Made by a program: the position numbers and the translations under genes. Under the pieces are notes generated by a model, which had not been told where the DNA came from, did no database searches, and worked only from the letters and a program-made list of their open reading frames with translations. 64,000 nucleotides of DNA from the human T2T-CHM13v2.0 reference genome, Homo sapiens, in NCBI RefSeq assembly GCF_009914755.1, contig NC_060927.1. One strand, given 5' to 3'. Below are positions 29,200 to 44,990 of this stretch, piece after piece. The stretch's first letter is position 1. Each line of letters opens with the position of its first letter.

Positions 29200-30315
29200 A
29201 AGACTCAAAAGGTCAAGGGAATGAGTGGGAAGAGGATGACACTGTAGCCCCTGAGATGGAATAATAAGGAAGAGTTTCATAAAGAAACTAATACTGGATC
29301 TGAGTACTGAAGGATACAGAAAAGCTGTAAGAGAGGATAGAGCACCTCACACAGGGAAGCATGGAGCCAGGAAACATCATGGGTATTATGCAAGGATCCA
29401 TAATTTCTGGAAACATAGATGAATATAAATATAAATGTTTATAAATGGGTTACTGATATTACATTAAAATATATGGCATGTTTAAAACATCACATGGTAT
29501 CTTCAACGTGATACCCCTTACTAATGTTGCGTAGTTCAATGGGCTGTACAAAATTGCAATGAATGCAGTGCATTGATAAGCCATTTCCGTCAATCCTTGC
29601 ACAAACATCAGTGATGCATTGCTTTAGAGGAATTGTACTTCTCATTTTCATTGAATGCACCTGGACATTTAACATCCCCATAAGAAATAAGCCAGGGTCT
29701 TCAAAATAAACATAAATAATAAAATACCATTATCTCTGTTTCCACACTTTATGGTAATATTACAAGATCCATGGAAGTTCAGTTTGACTAGAGGGAAGAA
29801 TAGACATTGAGGAGAGAAAGAAGAAATGAAAAAAGGCAGAAAGGGAGGGAGGGAGGGAGAGGCAAAGGAGGGAGGATGTAAGGACAATATCACTAACGGT
29901 CTAGCCTGCCATCAAGACCTATCTGGGCTTCTTTCTTTTAGTGATGAAGAATTGCTAAAAGGTCATAAGCAATATGAGTTACATAATACAATTAACAATA
30001 TAAAAAGACCATTCCAGTATTAGAGTGGAAGAAGGGTTGGAGTGGTTGTGGGGAAAATCAAAGGTAGGGAGATGAAGAGATTTGAAATAGCATAGGTAAG
30101 AGATGATGAGAGGTTAAGTGTGGAGGTTTGGAGTGTGATGGAGTGGAGAAGAAGGAATAGATTTGAGAATTATTTTGGAGCTCAGAGAAATCTGCTTGTT
30201 GATGTGGAGGAGGGGAGAGGGGCTGAGTGAAGACTGGACTATGATTCCTTTGCTTTAAATAGTGATATCATTCACTGAGAGAGGAATATTGGGAATGCAG
30301 ATTTAGATGAGCAGG
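29200..30315 (-). mobile_element. L2 fragment interrupted by a DNA transposon
   Basis: Antisense-L2-like purine-rich sequence, e.g. 'aggtaagagatgatgagagg', 'tggagaagaaggaatagatttgaga', 'atcattcactgagagaggaata'. Confidence 0.65.
29391..29762 (-). mobile_element. Ancient Tc1/mariner-type non-autonomous element with a transposase C-terminal relic (possibly DNA1_Mam/EutTc1-like)
   Basis: Imperfect TIRs at 29398-29420 and 29732-29754 (19/23 complementary). Minus strand reads LAYFLWG, frameshift, then MLNVQVHSMKMRSTIPLKQCITDVCARIDGN...NFVQPIELRNISKGYHVE, resembling Tc1/mariner 'PLDFFLWG.LK..VY...LKQRITDAC...G.H.E'. Confidence 0.75.
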
Positions 30316-30560
30316 TGATATGGTAGATTGATTGCAGAATTGCAGAAGTTGCCACAATCCTTTACCCCTTCCTGTAGTCATACATTTTGCAATATGACTT
30401 TGACAGACTACCATTTCCCTGCCTCTTGAATCTGGGCTGCCTTTGTGATTTACTTTGGCCAGCAGAATATGGCAGAAGTGACATTGTGCCAGGTCCTAGC
30501 CTAGACTTTGGGAGTCCTTGTGACTTTTTGTATTCTCTATTTTCTCACACCCCAACCTCC

Positions 30561-30562
<2 letters not shown>

Positions 30563-30607
<45 letters not shown>
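30563..30607. repeat. (TGTC)n tetranucleotide microsatellite
   Basis: About 11 uninterrupted units visible. Confidence 0.95.
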
Positions 30608-30713
30608 TAGAACCCTTCCAATGTTAGGTGAACAAGCTTGGACTACTCGTATGCCGGAGGGATGCAAAGACAGGTATTTGGAAAGAGACCTCAGTCATTC
30701 CAGCCATTCCAGC

Positions 30714-31552
<839 letters not shown>

Positions 31553-32995
31553 CCAGGCAAGGCATTCTATACCAATCAGTTATTTGCCAGGTGACTTCAG
31601 TTACATGAGGGAGGTCAGTTGAGCCCAGTTGATTATTACTGCTCAATTAAACCCAAGCTAAATTACCAACGGGCAAAATATAGAGCTAAAATATGATTTC
31701 AGTTTTATGCTACTAAGTTTTGGAATGGTTTGTTATGCAGCAAAAGCTAACTGCTACAGGTAAAAAAAAAATCAATTTTCAGAATTTCTATTTGAGAAAA
31801 AAGTAGGGTTATCCAGGTGGCCAAACTGGCAGGTAAAATGAGATTTCGGCTTGAGCTAGAAATTTAAGGTGAAATAAATGAACCTTGAATTAATAAGCAA
31901 AAAGCTTGAATTTGATTCCTTAAATACAAGTTCACATTAGTAGCCCTACACTTACCACCACAGGAGAAGTCAAGAACATGGGACTTTGAGATTCTCCTAT
32001 TCCTCAGCATTTAATAATACTTTCTCTATCATAAAAGGGTGAGGCTGTACTTTCAGAAGAATGCATTGCTTCAAGATAGAGATTCTAGTTTCAGCCACTC
32101 TCTTCCAACTCAGAGCCTTATCTATAGGAGTTGTGATGATACAGTGAGAAACAGCATATGAAGAATTTATAATAGAGCCAGGCACAGAGTAAAACCATCA
32201 GCGAGTGTTCACTGTTGCTGTTATTATTATCTCTTCACAGGGCTTGTACACAGTTGATGGCTCATCATTACCCAAGAATCTACAGGCTACTGCTGCATAA
32301 GCCTTTGGAGTATCAGGTGTACATGCCCATGATAGCACTACCTTCTTTGACTTTTTAAAACTAATGGTCTCTTTGTTTCCTATTTGCTGTAGGAGCTTCC
32401 CTGTATTGTGCTAATTCTGCAAAGAATAGGAAAGTTGAAAAAGAAATGAACTAGGCTTCAAATCTTAGATGTGCTGAAAATGAGCTTTGTAATGTTAAAC
32501 AAGTCAACCTCACTGTGTCTCTTTCTATGGATTCCAATGTTTGTGTGTTCTGCTTCACAGAGTAATTGTAAGGATCAAATGAATCAGTTAACCAATCAAG
32601 CCGAATAAATTGAGCACTAACGATGGCTTTAGCAGTGTGCTGGTTATTCTCAAAACTTAGATGTAAGTTGTTGCCAGACCCATCTTCAGAAGCTATACCT
32701 TTGCTTGTGCACACACTAATGAACTTGTACTAGTCATGATGTTCTTGAGCTAGTAATAATGCTCTAGCAAAAATAAAACGTACTTTCCATATTCTGAGGA
32801 CATAATCCAAAGTAGCCTGCAATAAACACAGGCTAAACACTTTTTTAAAGATTTGCTTTTAATATTCAAAATTCCCTCAGAAGCATGATAAACAGAACAC
32901 ACATTTATAACTTTTCCTTCTGAAAATTTACAAAAATTAGAGTAAAGAAGTTAAAAGAAAAAAAAAATCCTTCAATGCCTAAAGACAAAGAGAAC

Positions 32996-33618
32996 TATAA
33001 ACCAAAAATAAAATTCTAAGTCTCCTCAATCATCTAAATGGACCCCTCCTCTCGTCAAGGGCATTCCAGAGTTAACGTGAAAAACTAATATAGGCCATGA
33101 TGGACGAGGGGGTCAGACATGCCTCATTATATCCTCCTCCCTTTTGGAATTCAGGAAAAGCCAATCAGCATTAACATCAACACAGACTTTAAATGTGATA
33201 AGAAACATTTACATTCTTTTCTCTCTGAAGCCTGCTACTTAGAGGCTTCATCTGCATGATAAAACCTTGGTCTCCACAACCCCTTATTCTAACCCAGCCA
33301 TTCCTTTCTATTTATAATAGCTCTTTCAGCAAATTACCAATCAGAATATCTTTGAATCCAGCTATGATTTGGAATCCCCATCTCTACCTCACCCCCACTT
33401 CCAGCTGTCTCCACTCTTCCAGATTGAACCAATGTAAATCTCACATAGATTGCTTGATGTATTATGTCTCCTTAAAACGTATAAAGGCAAGGTGTACGTC
33501 AACCACCTTGGGCACATGTCAGCACCTCCTGAGGCTGTGTCATGGGCGTGTCCTTAACCTTGGCAAAGTAAACTTTCTAAATTGATTGAGACCTGTCTCA
33601 GATACTTTTTGGTTCACA
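32996..33618 (+). mobile_element. MER4B/MER4D-type ERV1 solo LTR
   Basis: Begins t(a/g)taaaccaaaaataaaattctaag; ends 'gattgagacctgtctcagatactttttggttcaca'; flanks gaac/gaaa. Confidence 0.85.
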
Positions 33619-34009
33619 GAAAAAACAAGAGACCAAATAACTGCAGTTAAGATGCATCAAGAAAATTTTGGAAGCTGGAAGCAGACAGACAATTCCTAAC
33701 TGAGTTTAAAGAGAAAAGAAGAGTAAAATTATTCATTATAGAAACGAAGAAACCAGTTGATTTCCACCACAGAATTCAGGAAAGCTTCTGGACTTATAGA
33801 CAACAGATACATCTAAAGATTCAATGGTGATAAAGATGTAAAGATTGGTTGAAAGCTGGTATGTGGTTAGAATCCTGCATCAACTCCTGCATAGTATGAT
33901 AACTGCACTCCTCTTCTGGTCTCCCTCATACACAAATAGACACATGCCAGAAGAGGACAAGCCTCTTATTCAACATTGGAGAGATTGAATAACAGGGATT
34001 ACTTTAGAA

Positions 34010-34231
34010 CAGTAGGTCTCAACCATGTTCAATTTTGCTTCCCAAGGGATATTTGGCAATATGCCATGAAGACATTTTTGGTTGTCCCAACTTGTGGTGG
34101 GGTGTTTCTGGCATCTAGTGGGTAGAAGTCCAAGAAGGATTCTTCTAACATCCTACAATGCAAACAACAGCCCCCACCACAAACAATTATCTGACCCCAA
34201 GTATCAGTAGTGCAAATGATGAGAAACCATG
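34010..34231. mobile_element. MER20 hAT-Charlie MITE
   Basis: cagt..tctcaa ... tgagaaaccatg TIRs; 'tggcatctagtgggtaga'; 8-bp TSD ctttagaa/ctctagaa. Confidence 0.88.
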
Positions 34232-34639
34232 CTCTAGAACACCAGAAAAAGCTGAGGATGGGAATGAAATATTAAAATCAGATGAATAAAATGAATATTA
34301 CACACCGAACTGTGAGATCTGCATCTTGAATTATGAGGTCTTCCCCTTCCCTTTATTCACCTAGTTGTATCTCTGAGAAACCCAATCATTTGCCTTATAT
34401 ATTCCAGGCAATAGATCTGAGGCTTCCTTTTTGAGGGAAATCACTGTTTAAAAGAAAAGACCTGTGGATGCCCATAGCAGGGAGGTCTCTCTCCAGCTGA
34501 CCACTCTACAGTGAAGCCTGCCATGCTAAGCCATCTCCAGTCAGAATTGTAGAATTGTGATAACTTGTTCCTAAATATAAATGCATAGCAAAGGATTAGC
34601 AGATATTAAGGAAGGCTTATAACATGAAAGATATACCCC

Positions 34640-35033
34640 TGATATGGTTTGAGTTTGAGTACCTGCCCAATTCTCATGTGAAATTGTAATCTCCAGTATT
34701 GGAGGAGGGGGTCTAGTAGGAGGTGATTGGATCATGGGGCCGTTTCTAACGGCTTAGCACTATTTCCCTAGAGGTGTCTTCTGATAGAGTTCTCCCCAGA
34801 CCTGCTTGTTAAAACGTCTGTAGCACCTCCCCACTATCTTCTTCCTCCTGCTGGCCACATAAGATGTGCTTGCTTCCCCTTTGCCTTCCACCATGATTGT
34901 AAGTTTCCTGAGGCCTCCCCAGAAGCAGAAGTCTGTACAGCCTGTAGAGCCATGAGCCAATTAAACCTCTTTTCTTTATAAATTACCCAGTTTCAGGTAT
35001 GTCTTTATAGAAGTGTGAGAAGAGACTAACACA
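34640..35033 (+). mobile_element. MSTA-like MaLR solo LTR
   Basis: tgatatggtttg ... 'ccatgattgtaagtttcctgaggcctccccagaagc' ... 'attaaacctcttttctttataaattacccag' ... actaacaca. Confidence 0.9.
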
Positions 35034-36671
35034 ATACCCAAACAGAGAGACCAAAAAAAAAAAAAAAAAAAAAGAAAAAAAAGAGGAGAGAGAAACTCAA
35101 AATAACCATAGATAATATAAATGAAATTTCTTAGGAAGATTAACTAAAAAATCATGAGGTTTTTAATAACTGCCATAAATATTCACCAGGGCCTACTTTT
35201 GTAGCTACTACTTTTTTCTTGTTATTTCCTACATAAATATTGTTTATATTAATTTATATCTCATTCTACAAAGAATTTCATCCAAGTATTTTGTACAAGT
35301 AATTAGAGAAATATGTATGCAATATAGACGGGCACAAAAGGAAAATCAGTACAAAAAGAAAATAAAAATACCATGTTAACCAAGTCAACAGAGAAGTTAT
35401 AATTTAACTTCAAATTGACTTCAGACATTCTATAATTTCTTCAATAATTTGTTAGAAATGAATGAAAAAGGGAGGTTGTGAATAACTGTAACATGGAATT
35501 TCTCCTCTATCCTTTCTCATTACATTAGCTTTTTAAAAAAACCAGAAATCTGAATTTTTATAGCTTGTTTTGGTGTAGGACTGAGTAACAAACTTTCCCA
35601 GGTTATTTAAAATGTGATTGACTTTACACTATTCCACTTTCATGCAACTTTTCAATACAACTCTGACATACAAGCCACCCCTGTACCAAGACATTTTCTT
35701 TAAGCTGGTGATAGATATGCTTCTTACAAAGCTCTCATCAAGGGGTTAGGACACATACATATCTTGATTTGTCTGATTCTTTTATTAGATGAAGGCCATT
35801 TACTGCTAACCTTAGGCATTCTTAAGGAGCCAATCTTTTCGAAGAAGACTGTGCTATGAAGGACTAGTTTTATTAATAATGAACTTGAGCTTTGTACTGT
35901 ACTTCAATAATACTTTCATGTAAGGGTACTGAAATGCTTTGCAATTTAAATGAATTAAGCCCCATAACACACTTTGAGCTACAGAATACTTGATTTTGAA
36001 ATAGAAAATCCAAGGAAGAGAGATACAAAGTAAGTTTTATGTTTAAAAAGTGTAATTAAAATCCTCCTTTTCTCCACTTTTCCTCCTTTTCTATATTGTA
36101 TCCCACTTCACTCTCGACACTACTTATTTCCCTTGCTCTCCTTTCTTCTATTTTCTCTAGGATATTCTTCTTTTCCTATCCATCAATATTCTCTTTTTTC
36201 TAGACCTCCACCCACCCATGACAGGAGTCTTTCTGTACAAATCAGGATAAATAAATGAATTAATGTGAGATAAAAATAAGGGGAGGGGCTCTCTTTTTCT
36301 TACGACTTTTGAGAAGGTTAAATTTTAATTATTTTCTTCTGTTAACCTCCCTCCTTCACCCACTGCCCCATTTGCTGAAGAAGAAGGCCATCTCCCTTAT
36401 GAGTTCTGGCTTCCTCTTTCCCCACACTGTCTCTGGTAAGGGATCACTGAGAATAGGAACTTTACACCCCTTCATATCCCCAGTCTGGGGATAACCAAAC
36501 CCAATATCAGATCCCTCTAGTCACCCTGTTCTGGTCCTTAAGCCTTAGGTTTTGGTGTAGTAGAACTCAATGACTAGTTAATATTAAGTTGGGATCAGCA
36601 TACCATTGATTTTGGGAAAAGGGATCTCCACTTACACTTCAGTTTAAGCACAAACAATTCTGCCTGCTGCT

Positions 36672-37059
36672 CAGGGATGGGCAAACTACAGCAGGTCAAA
36701 CCTGGTTAAGGCTTTGCAGTGGTTAATTCTATGCGTCAATTTAGAAGGTGTTTTGTAAGAGATTTAAATTTAAATAAGTGGGCTGTCAGTAAAGCAGATT
36801 GCTTTCGATATCATGGTTGAGTCTCATGTATTGTTCTGAATAGGACAAAAGGCTAGCCTCTCTCAGGCAAAGGAAAATTCTGCAGCAGACGACTTTCAGG
36901 CTTGAACTGCAGCATCAGCTCCTCCCTGGGTGTCCAGTCTGCTGTTCCCTGCTGCAGATTTCAGACTTTCCAGCCTCCATAATCACATGAGCCAAGCCAA
37001 TTCCTTAAATCTCTCCATCTCTTTCTGTCTCTCCCTCTCTGCCCCGCTACACACACACA

Positions 37060-37103
<44 letters not shown>

Positions 37104-37309
37104 ATTGGTTCTGTTTCTCTGGAACTCTGAGAGGCCTATTTCTGTAGAGTTTTACAGGAATATAGCCATGTCCATTTGTATGTGTATTGTCTATAACTCC
37201 TTTCTCACTCGGATGGCAGAGTTGAGAAGTTGCAACACAGACGATGAATGATACAAAGCAGAAAATATTTACTATCTGGCCATTTACAGGAAAAGGTTGG
37301 CAACTTCTG
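36672..37309. mobile_element. MER58A hAT MITE split by an MLT2 LTR
   Basis: 5' 'cagggatgggcaaactacagc'; 3' part 'ggcagagttgagaagttgcaaca...aaaatatttactatctggccatttacag...ttggcaacttctg'. Confidence 0.8.
36716..37130 (+). mobile_element. MLT2 (ERVL) LTR containing a (CA)n tract at about 37049-37100
   Basis: 'tggttaattctatgcgtcaa', 'gtaaagcagattgc', 'cagcctccataatcacatgagccaa', 'cctattggttctgtttctctgga'. Confidence 0.85.
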
Positions 37310-37589
37310 CTATGGCTTATTCCCTATCTCTCTTCCCACTGAGAAGATACTGTATGATTGGAAGCCTCCTCTGCCACCCTGGGCTGCTAACTTTCCCTTA
37401 TTCATCTTACCTCAGTAACCTGAGCATGCCTTCCTCTATTTGAGCATTTAGGATGTAAGTATATTCATCTCTGTATTTTGTTCATGAAAATGAGCTTTTT
37501 GAGGTGAAGGACTGTCTTACTGTCTTATTTTTGTTGGAATTTTATTCATGTATGGAATTCAAAAAATATCTTTTGATGAAATAAATTAC

Positions 37590-37830
37590 TGAAATAATAG
37601 CAGCTGACCTTTATGGATTGAGCACCTGTGATGTGTTTGCCTCTGTGTTAAGCTATTTACATATATTATCTCATTAAATTCAGACAACAGCTCTGTAATT
37701 ATCCCCACTTTGCACATGTAGAAACTGAGACTGAGGGAGGGCTGTGATTTACCAATTGTTACACAGCCAGTATAATGAAGAGATGAGATTTCAGCCCAGA
37801 AACTTTGACTCCTCAGCCCACTCTCTGACT
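37590..37830 (-). mobile_element. MIR SINE
   Basis: 'attgagcacctgtgatgtg...attatctcattaaatt...attatccccactttgcacatgtagaaactgagact'. Confidence 0.7.
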
Positions 37831-37959
37831 TAACCCCTCCTTCCTAAAATGAAGACATCCATAGCTGAGAAAGAATGGGTGCACCTTAAACCTTATATCA
37901 CGTTGTTTCTATAATAATCAAAAGCTATTATTTAAGCAAAATCAGCTTACAATATATTT

Positions 37960-38690
<731 letters not shown>

Positions 38691-41600
38691 TAAAATATGT
38701 TTTCAAAAGTTAGGGTACCTGATTAGTCATATTAATATTTTATTGAAAAGAACCAACCTCTTAGCCTTCATTCTTACAAAAACTATAGTAAAAACATTTT
38801 TTTAAAGGAAACCAGAAACACATCTGCTTTGGTGTTGTTGCTAGGATCTCATTATTATTATGCAGTGTAGCTTCTGTGCCCTGTGCTCTGAGGACTGCCT
38901 GTGTCTCTCAGGCATAGCTGATGATCACAGGTACCTCATGAATGGAAAAGACCCAACACAATAAAAATTATCACAAGCCTCATTTCTTTTCTTTCTGCTT
39001 TATGACACCACAGTGTTACAAACAAAGCATAGGAAGAATTATTTACTTTTCAGTTCAGGTAGTTCCAAGTTGTATTCATTTGATTTCAGCACATCAGAAA
39101 AATCTTCTGATCACCTGAGTCATCAAACATAGCAAAAAGCATTTACTGAACCATTTGAGCCTGCTGATAGTCCTGAAATTTCTAGGAATGCTTTTATGAT
39201 AATAAGGAATTACTGGATCACATAAAAGCACTTATACCCATACATGTAAGGATTATAAAACAGCACGGTTTCTTTCATGTGGTCCTTGGTCTGTTACTGT
39301 TATTGTGGCAGGAGAAGGGGTTGTGTGGAGAAACATTGGATGGACCACTGGGAAAAATACACTCAAGCTCCTTAAAGTCTATGTAATGTGATCTCTAATG
39401 TCAATTCCCAATCATTTTTAGGGCTGGCTTTTAGAAGACGGCAGCAGCAACAGGATGATTTATACGACCTACAGCAGAAATAGCAGTAGTAACTATACTC
39501 TGCTGAGAACTCTAGGAAGTCCATATGACAGTCTCTAAACATATACTACCTCTCATCCAAGAGGATGAGAATCCTTCTTTCTAAAAATTATATCATCCAT
39601 TATACAAATGAGAAATTGAGGTGCAATGATTGAATTATTTTTTTCTAAAGCCACACAGTTAATAAACAAAGGAAATGGGATATGAATTCATCCTGTCTAT
39701 TTTCTCAAGCTTGTACTCATTTTACCTATATAATACACCAGAAAGGACAGAATTGTCAAGCTCTGTTTCCCAGAAACATAAGACAGCATAACATTGATAA
39801 ATGAATATGTTTGATGTCTTAAGATGATCTCTTCTCCATGCTTAGGGGCTTTGAAATAATAAAAAATATGTCTACTCTTCTGTATACCCAAAATATTCCA
39901 AGAAGTAAAAGTTTGCTACATGAACAGAGAATCAAGGACTTATCGTTAACTTTTTCTTCTGGTGACAGTTTATAGCTCAGACAAGGAGAAGCTGTTTTTT
40001 TGCTGAGACAGTGTAAAGGAAGAACTGAAGGTGTCCAATTTAGTGGTATAATTGTGAACATCCACAGAGGAAACAAAAAAATTTTGAATTGTCACCAGAA
40101 AAGCCCATAGTCCTATTTCCTTTGCTTACCGTGTGCCTCTAGAAACTCTAAACTCTCTGAGCCTTCATATTGTAAAATGAAAATGCAAATAATAATAATA
40201 CTGGCTCACAAGATAGTTAATAAATGAGATGCAACAGTAAAACTCAATAGCTATAAAGTGCAGTACAAATGTTAGTTACTGCTATTTTAATTTCAATACA
40301 TTTTTTACTATATTATTATAACATCCATCTTATGACTAGGCAGGAAAGTGTCAAAGAGACCATAGAAAGTGGGAGTTGATGGAGAAAACATTGCTAGAAA
40401 GGAATATAAAATTTAAACTGATTTTAATAAAAACTTATATAATACAATTAATTTGTTTTTCCATAAAACAAATTGACATGGCAAATTTAGTATTTCACCA
40501 GGAAAATATCACTAAATTTCTGGGTCTGATACAGTGCCATAATTGTTTAGCATTGCTGTGGTCTCTTGAGAAAGTATATTATTTATGGAATGCTCTTTAA
40601 GCAGAGAAGAGTATCACTAATGTTTTTATATCTAAGTTCCCTACCCCTTTCAAAAGAGATGCGTATTCTTTAAAGTTCATGTCAAGAAAATACCTCCAAT
40701 GTAACTATAATTTTAGGTTTGTTTCCTTCAACACCTCTTTCTAGTGTTCTCTCTCAAAAAATTCTAAAAAGATGAGATGATCCTTTTAAGTTGAAAAAGA
40801 TATTTCCTGAGAAGCAAAGCTTTGTCTAGTAAAAGCTTTTGTTTTACACTTGGAAAACTGTTGCTTTTCTAGGTAAGTTTTAGAAAGAGCTAAAGGACAC
40901 ATTCATTTGGGGACTGAACATATTTTTCAATATTTGAGGTCTTTGTCTCAGAATGTACTTTTGTATTGGCCTTGATCCACTAATTCTTAGATTCAGAGTA
41001 TCTCAGAATTTTAGAGTCTACTGCTCAAGAGATTTGGAGGCCACATTTTTCTTTCTCTCATGTGATATTTAAGTTCCCTTTACAGTATCTGACCTGTGGT
41101 TGGCAGATCTCTGCTCGAACTCATCCACAAATAGAACATTGGTCCATGCCTGTATGCATTCATTCATGTCAGAATCATCATTTGCCATGCAACTAACATT
41201 AACTCGAGACCACAGGGAGTACAAAAAGAGGACAGGACACGGTCTTTGACTATCAGTGGATAAAAGGGAACAAGGTCCAGTTTGCTTCTTCCAGTTCCAT
41301 GCGGATAATTCAAAACCGCTCAATCAAAAAAAAAGCCCTTCAACTTCGTGTGATTTGAAGTTTACACCAATCCATGGTCCTATTATTTGCTTTTGATTCA
41401 GCATACACTTAAACTTAATTGCCTACTACCGGCTCAAAACTACACTAGAAGATCTCCTTTTGCATTACCTCAATTAAGTGTACCTTTCATATGGACTCAT
41501 TTTATCTGAATAACCACAAAGTCTTCTGTATCTTCTCTACTTTATTTCCAGAAAATTTCAATGCTTATGTGGTTGATCATGTTATAATATTATCTCATGG

Positions 41601-42559
41601 CTTCTCCTGCTTTCACTTATTTCTGCTGGTCTCACTCATCAAGGCATTAGCACAGCAGTATCATAAACATCTAGGGTCTTCAATCTGCTTCCTTGCTTAC
41701 CTGCTACCTCTCTCACTGATTTCTCATTCAGTGTTCTGAGGCCTTCAAATCCTTTTAAGCCAGAAAATATTCCCTTGCTTCCTTCTACTTCATGGTTTGT
41801 GATGCCTGTTCTCTCCTTTATACCATTCTCAAAGTTCTTGCCTTCCTACACTTATATGAAACTCAGATATCCATTCTCAAACTAGTCTCTGCTCAGTGTG
41901 ATCATCTTCACTGTTAATGCGGAAGACCAGTTGCATCTCAAGGAATGGATCCCAGGTTGGTTCCAGGGGGAGGACCTTTAGTTACTTTGTCAGTGATATA
42001 TTTCACATCAATTAAATCAGACTTCAGATATATTATCACTAACATCTTCAGTCTCTCCTTTAAGTTGCCTGTTTTTCCTTTTTTTAACACATACTAGCCT
42101 CTTGTTTTCTGAAAAAGTCTTCCCTTGGACTGGCCCCAGCCCTTTCTGAGATTTATTCAATTCTCTCTTTTTTACATGCTTGATTTTTTGCCATCATGGT
42201 GCAGTAGTTCTCCAGTATAATCTTATAGACAAATACAGTGGTTATGTCTCAATGTTTATCCTTGTTTTCTTCTGATATGCATTTTAAAGAGTTAATCACC
42301 CTTTCTTCTTAAAGATCTCCATTTGATTTCTAAAAGACATATTTTCTTTGCTTCTCATTTTACTTTCACTTTCATATTTTCTGTCGCTTAAGTAACAAAC
42401 AGAAATATTAATGTGATTACAATAATAACCATAATGTATTCAGCTCTTTTAATTTGCATTGCATTTTACACATAGACATTATTTCATTTAATCTGCACAC
42501 AACTTCAAGAATACGTAATTTTTTTTCAATGATAGGTAACATTAAGTTTCAAAGAACTT

Positions 42560-43910
<1,351 letters not shown>

Positions 43911-43912
43911 CA

Positions 43913-44399
43913 TGTTTTGGTTTTCCAGGGCTGCTGTAACCTGAGTGGCTTAAACAACAGAAATTTATTTTCTTATAGCTCTGGAAGTTATAAGTCAGAG
44001 ATAAAGGCTATGGCAGTGTTGGTTGCTTCTGAGAATTATCAAGAAGAATCTGTTCTGTGCCTCACACCTAGCTTCTGGTGGTGGTGGTGGTGGTGTTGTG
44101 GTGGTTGTTATTTTAACCAATCTGGCATTCCTGGGCTTGTTGAAGCATCATCTTGACCCCTGTCTTCATCTTCCCTTGGCACTCCCCATAAGTGCATCTC
44201 TGTGTCCAAATTTCCTCTTTCCATATGGACATCCAGGCACATTGCATTAAGGCTTATCCTAATAACCTCATCTTAATTAGCTAATTACATTTGCAATGAC
44301 CCTATTTTCAAATAAGATCACCTTCTGAGGTACTGAGAGTTAAGACTTCAACAGATGAATTTATTTTTGAGTGGGGGGATACAATTCAACTCATAAACA
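43913..44399 (-). mobile_element. MLT1C-like MaLR LTR with an internal (GGT)n tract
   Basis: 'gggctgctgtaac...gtggcttaaacaacagaaatttatt', 'tctctgtgtccaaatttcctctt', 'acaattcaactcataaaca'. Confidence 0.85.
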
Positions 44400-44525
44400 G
44401 CACCTGACAGCCAGGAAATGATGAAAGCAATACTGAGCCCATTATCTATCAAACATCAAGGACTGTAGCTATAGAGACCTGGAGCTAGGACCAAGGGAAA
44501 ATACAAGCTGCTGTTTATCAAGACT

Positions 44526-44990
44526 TATAAAGGGTCTGAGATTTTCCCCTACTTGTCAGTTAACAAATTGGTCTACCTCCGTTTCCTGGATGCTCGCAAA
44601 ATACATGACAGTCTTGGGCAAGTGAAAAAGAACTTTATTCCTGACAGCAGTAGCACTAACAAGAGTATCTGCATTTGTGCGGTTCCCTAAGCCCTGATTT
44701 CCACACAATGACTTGAAGAAAGCCAGGATACACTTGAAAACATAGTAGGTTGCATTTTAAAGGGATAACTCAAAGCCTGGGAAATTTAAATATTCTATAA
44801 TGGACAATAAGCCTGCCTGACCTTTGCCCTGGAAATAGACATTATCTTTATTATAACATATACTACACAAACCTTCCCTTTGCTCTGGAAGGTGATACTA
44901 TCACTGTGTCTCAAACAAAGGCAGTCAGTACCTCTGTATACCACACTTGCAGAAATGTGATCCATACCCATGAATAATAGTCTTCCAATA
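44526..44990 (-). mobile_element. ERVL-type solo LTR (LTR53/MER54/MER88-like)
   Basis: 'gggtctgagattttcccctacttg', 'aactttattc' (antisense polyA signal), 'aacaaaggcagtcagtacctctg'; subfamily uncertain. Confidence 0.6.

Noticed and set aside
32221-32393. Two strong-looking + strand acceptors (ctcttcacAG at 32240, tttgctgtAG near 32393)
   Set aside because: No good downstream donor or coding signal; the first lies at a MIR edge.
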